A stretch of 64,000 bases of DNA from Octopus sinensis (taxonomy: Eukaryota): the NCBI RefSeq assembly GCF_006345805.1, contig NC_043006.1, forward strand, positions 7,068,001 through 7,132,000, in the 5' to 3' direction. A program made the translations under genes and the position numbers. Shown here piece after piece: positions 62,281-64,000 of the stretch. Every line of letters starts with the position of its first letter. The stretch's first letter is position 1. The notes beneath the pieces are model-generated. The model was not told the DNA's origin and made no database searches. It saw only the letters and a program-made list of their open reading frames with translations.

Positions 62281-63373
62281 CGTGTGTATTTCTTAATTCA
62301 TTTATCTGATATGCCTAGAACCCCCCGACGCGTAGTATGTTAATGAGAACAGTATAATGATGTTGAGAAAAGCAGAAAATATCCCGTAATGATAAGCGGA
62401 AGATTGCATACGATTTGTTGGACTATTAGACAGCAGGTATATAATTTACTGCCGTCTACAAGCAACTCAATATATTCCAGTCCCCAGCCATGTGGCTTTA
62501 GATAAAGCATGCAAGAGGTGGAAGAGATAACGGTTGTTACGTGTTGAATATTGTAATAATGCTATTTATTGAAAGGAGTTTATAATGCTACACAGAAATG
62601 CAGTAGTCATTCAGGACGGAAGTTGATATTGTGGATGATGAAAACGTTAGCTGTAACGTGCTTTTAATTAGAAATTGATATTATGAACTAGCGAAATAGT
62701 GAAATTAGATTGTGGGGGGAAATGAGAAATTTACGTGTTGCTGAGAGAAATACCAATGCCAAATCGAAATAACAAATATAAAATACCGAAAATGCACCAT
62801 GGTGATATTATCGTCCCAGGCACACGAATGCTCTCTACCAAAGACAACCCGTAGTTTTACAGAATAATGAAAATAATGCAGAGTTCGTTCATTCCCAGTT
62901 TGAATGTTACGTGTGTATGACAATAGTTCAAATATTCATCTAAAGTAAATTTCATTTTGTAATGTGCACCAAAATATTGTATAACCCGGGGTTTTGAAAA
63001 CCTGTTCGTTGGTTATTTGTATTAAGGTCTTTGACAATTTTAGACATGGCCATTTGCAATTTACGTATTGCGCTTAGAATTCGCTTTTGCTAATTGTGTT
63101 TATGCATTAGGAAACTGTCACCAGCAACAGGATTTCTGTTGCATTATAACATTATTATGTGTATGTACAGAGCAGCGGTAATGAATTATAGAATTCATGA
63201 GGATATCTACGTCCTTGGAAAAACAATTCTGTTTTTTTTTTTAATTTCATCCTCTACATAGTTAAATATATTCTATTATTCATTACTAATTTTTTCAATT
63301 ACTCTTACTTTGTCCATAATGACTACCATTGCATTGCTTAGTATTTTTTAATATGTAGTATTAGATATAATAC

Positions 63374-63612
63374 CTATTTCTTTACTAACCACAAGGGGCT
63401 AAACACAGAGGGGACAAACAAGGACAGACAAACGGATTAAGTCGATTGGATCGACCCCAGTGCGTAACTGGTACTTAATTTATCGACGCCGAAGTGATGA
63501 AAGACAAAGTCGACCTCGGCGGAATTTGAACCCAGAACGTAACGGCAGACGAAATACGGCTACGCATTTCGTCCGGAGTGCTAACGTTTCTGCCAGCTCG
63601 CCGCCTTTTTTT
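63374..63612 (-). mobile_element. SINE family B1 with a 13-bp TSD
   Basis: ttagatataatac at 63361-63373 and 63613-63625. Confidence 0.92.
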
Positions 63613-63627
63613 TTAGATATAATACAT

Positions 63628-63822
63628 TAAGGCGGTGATCAAGTAGAACCGTCAGAACATCGAGCAAAATGCATCGCGACGCTTCGTCTCTCTTTACGTT
63701 CTTAATTCAAATTCCGAGGGGATCGACTTTGCCTTTCGGTATTTCTGGGTCGATTAAATAGGTACCAATTGAACACTGTGGGGGGGGGGGGTCAATAATT
63801 TTCACTAGTCCTCACCTCCGAA
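63628..63822 (+). mobile_element. Diverged SINE family B
   Basis: aaggcggtga...ttcaaattccgagggatcgactttgcctttc...gggtcgattaaataggtacc. Confidence 0.65.
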
Positions 63823-63834
63823 ATTAAACTTCGG

Positions 63835-64000
63835 CAATGCTGGGGCACCGCTTTGAATGGTTTAGTGGAATGAATCGACACCAATACTTATGTTTCTTTG
63901 TTTACCTGGTATTTATGTGATTAGTCTCTTTTCGCTGAACCACTAAGTGATGGGGATGTAAACGATCCAGCATTTGTTGTCAAATGGGTGGGAGGGAACG
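63835..64000 (-). mobile_element. Diverged SINE C right module
   Basis: atgctggggcaccgc...ctcttttcgctgaaccactaagtgatggggatgtaaac...gttgtcaa. Confidence 0.7.

Overview
AT-rich eukaryotic non-coding DNA, saturated with microsatellites ((TA)n, (CA)n, (TAA)n, (TATG)n, (TATC)n, (TTC/TCC)n) and transposable-element relics. The repeat families resemble octopus (coleoid) repeats as I recall them; this is inference, not a database result. I found no credible host exon, and nearly all ORF-track entries are microsatellite read-throughs or antisense frames of repeats. Recognisable content: about 25 tRNA-derived SINE copies in four head families (my labels A, B, C, CORE-like) with swappable 3' tails; a full-length dead mariner (17654-18893); a second mariner present as two converging 5' ends; a Tigger/pogo deletion derivative; a non-autonomous Helitron; a MITE with an 8-bp TSD and telomere-like repeats; RTE and R4/Dong-like LINE fragments; and the 3' part of a Penelope-like element (RT thumb + GIY-YIG). 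The most striking signal is about ten near-perfect fold-back palindromes, six within 52-59 kb. Three carry hammerhead-ribozyme-like motifs on both strands. Two dispersed (TA)n-embedded repeat families also carry hammerhead-like motifs. Together these suggest a Penelope-derived, ribozyme-bearing, hairpin-generating non-autonomous system. All coordinates were read by eye and may be off by a few bases.
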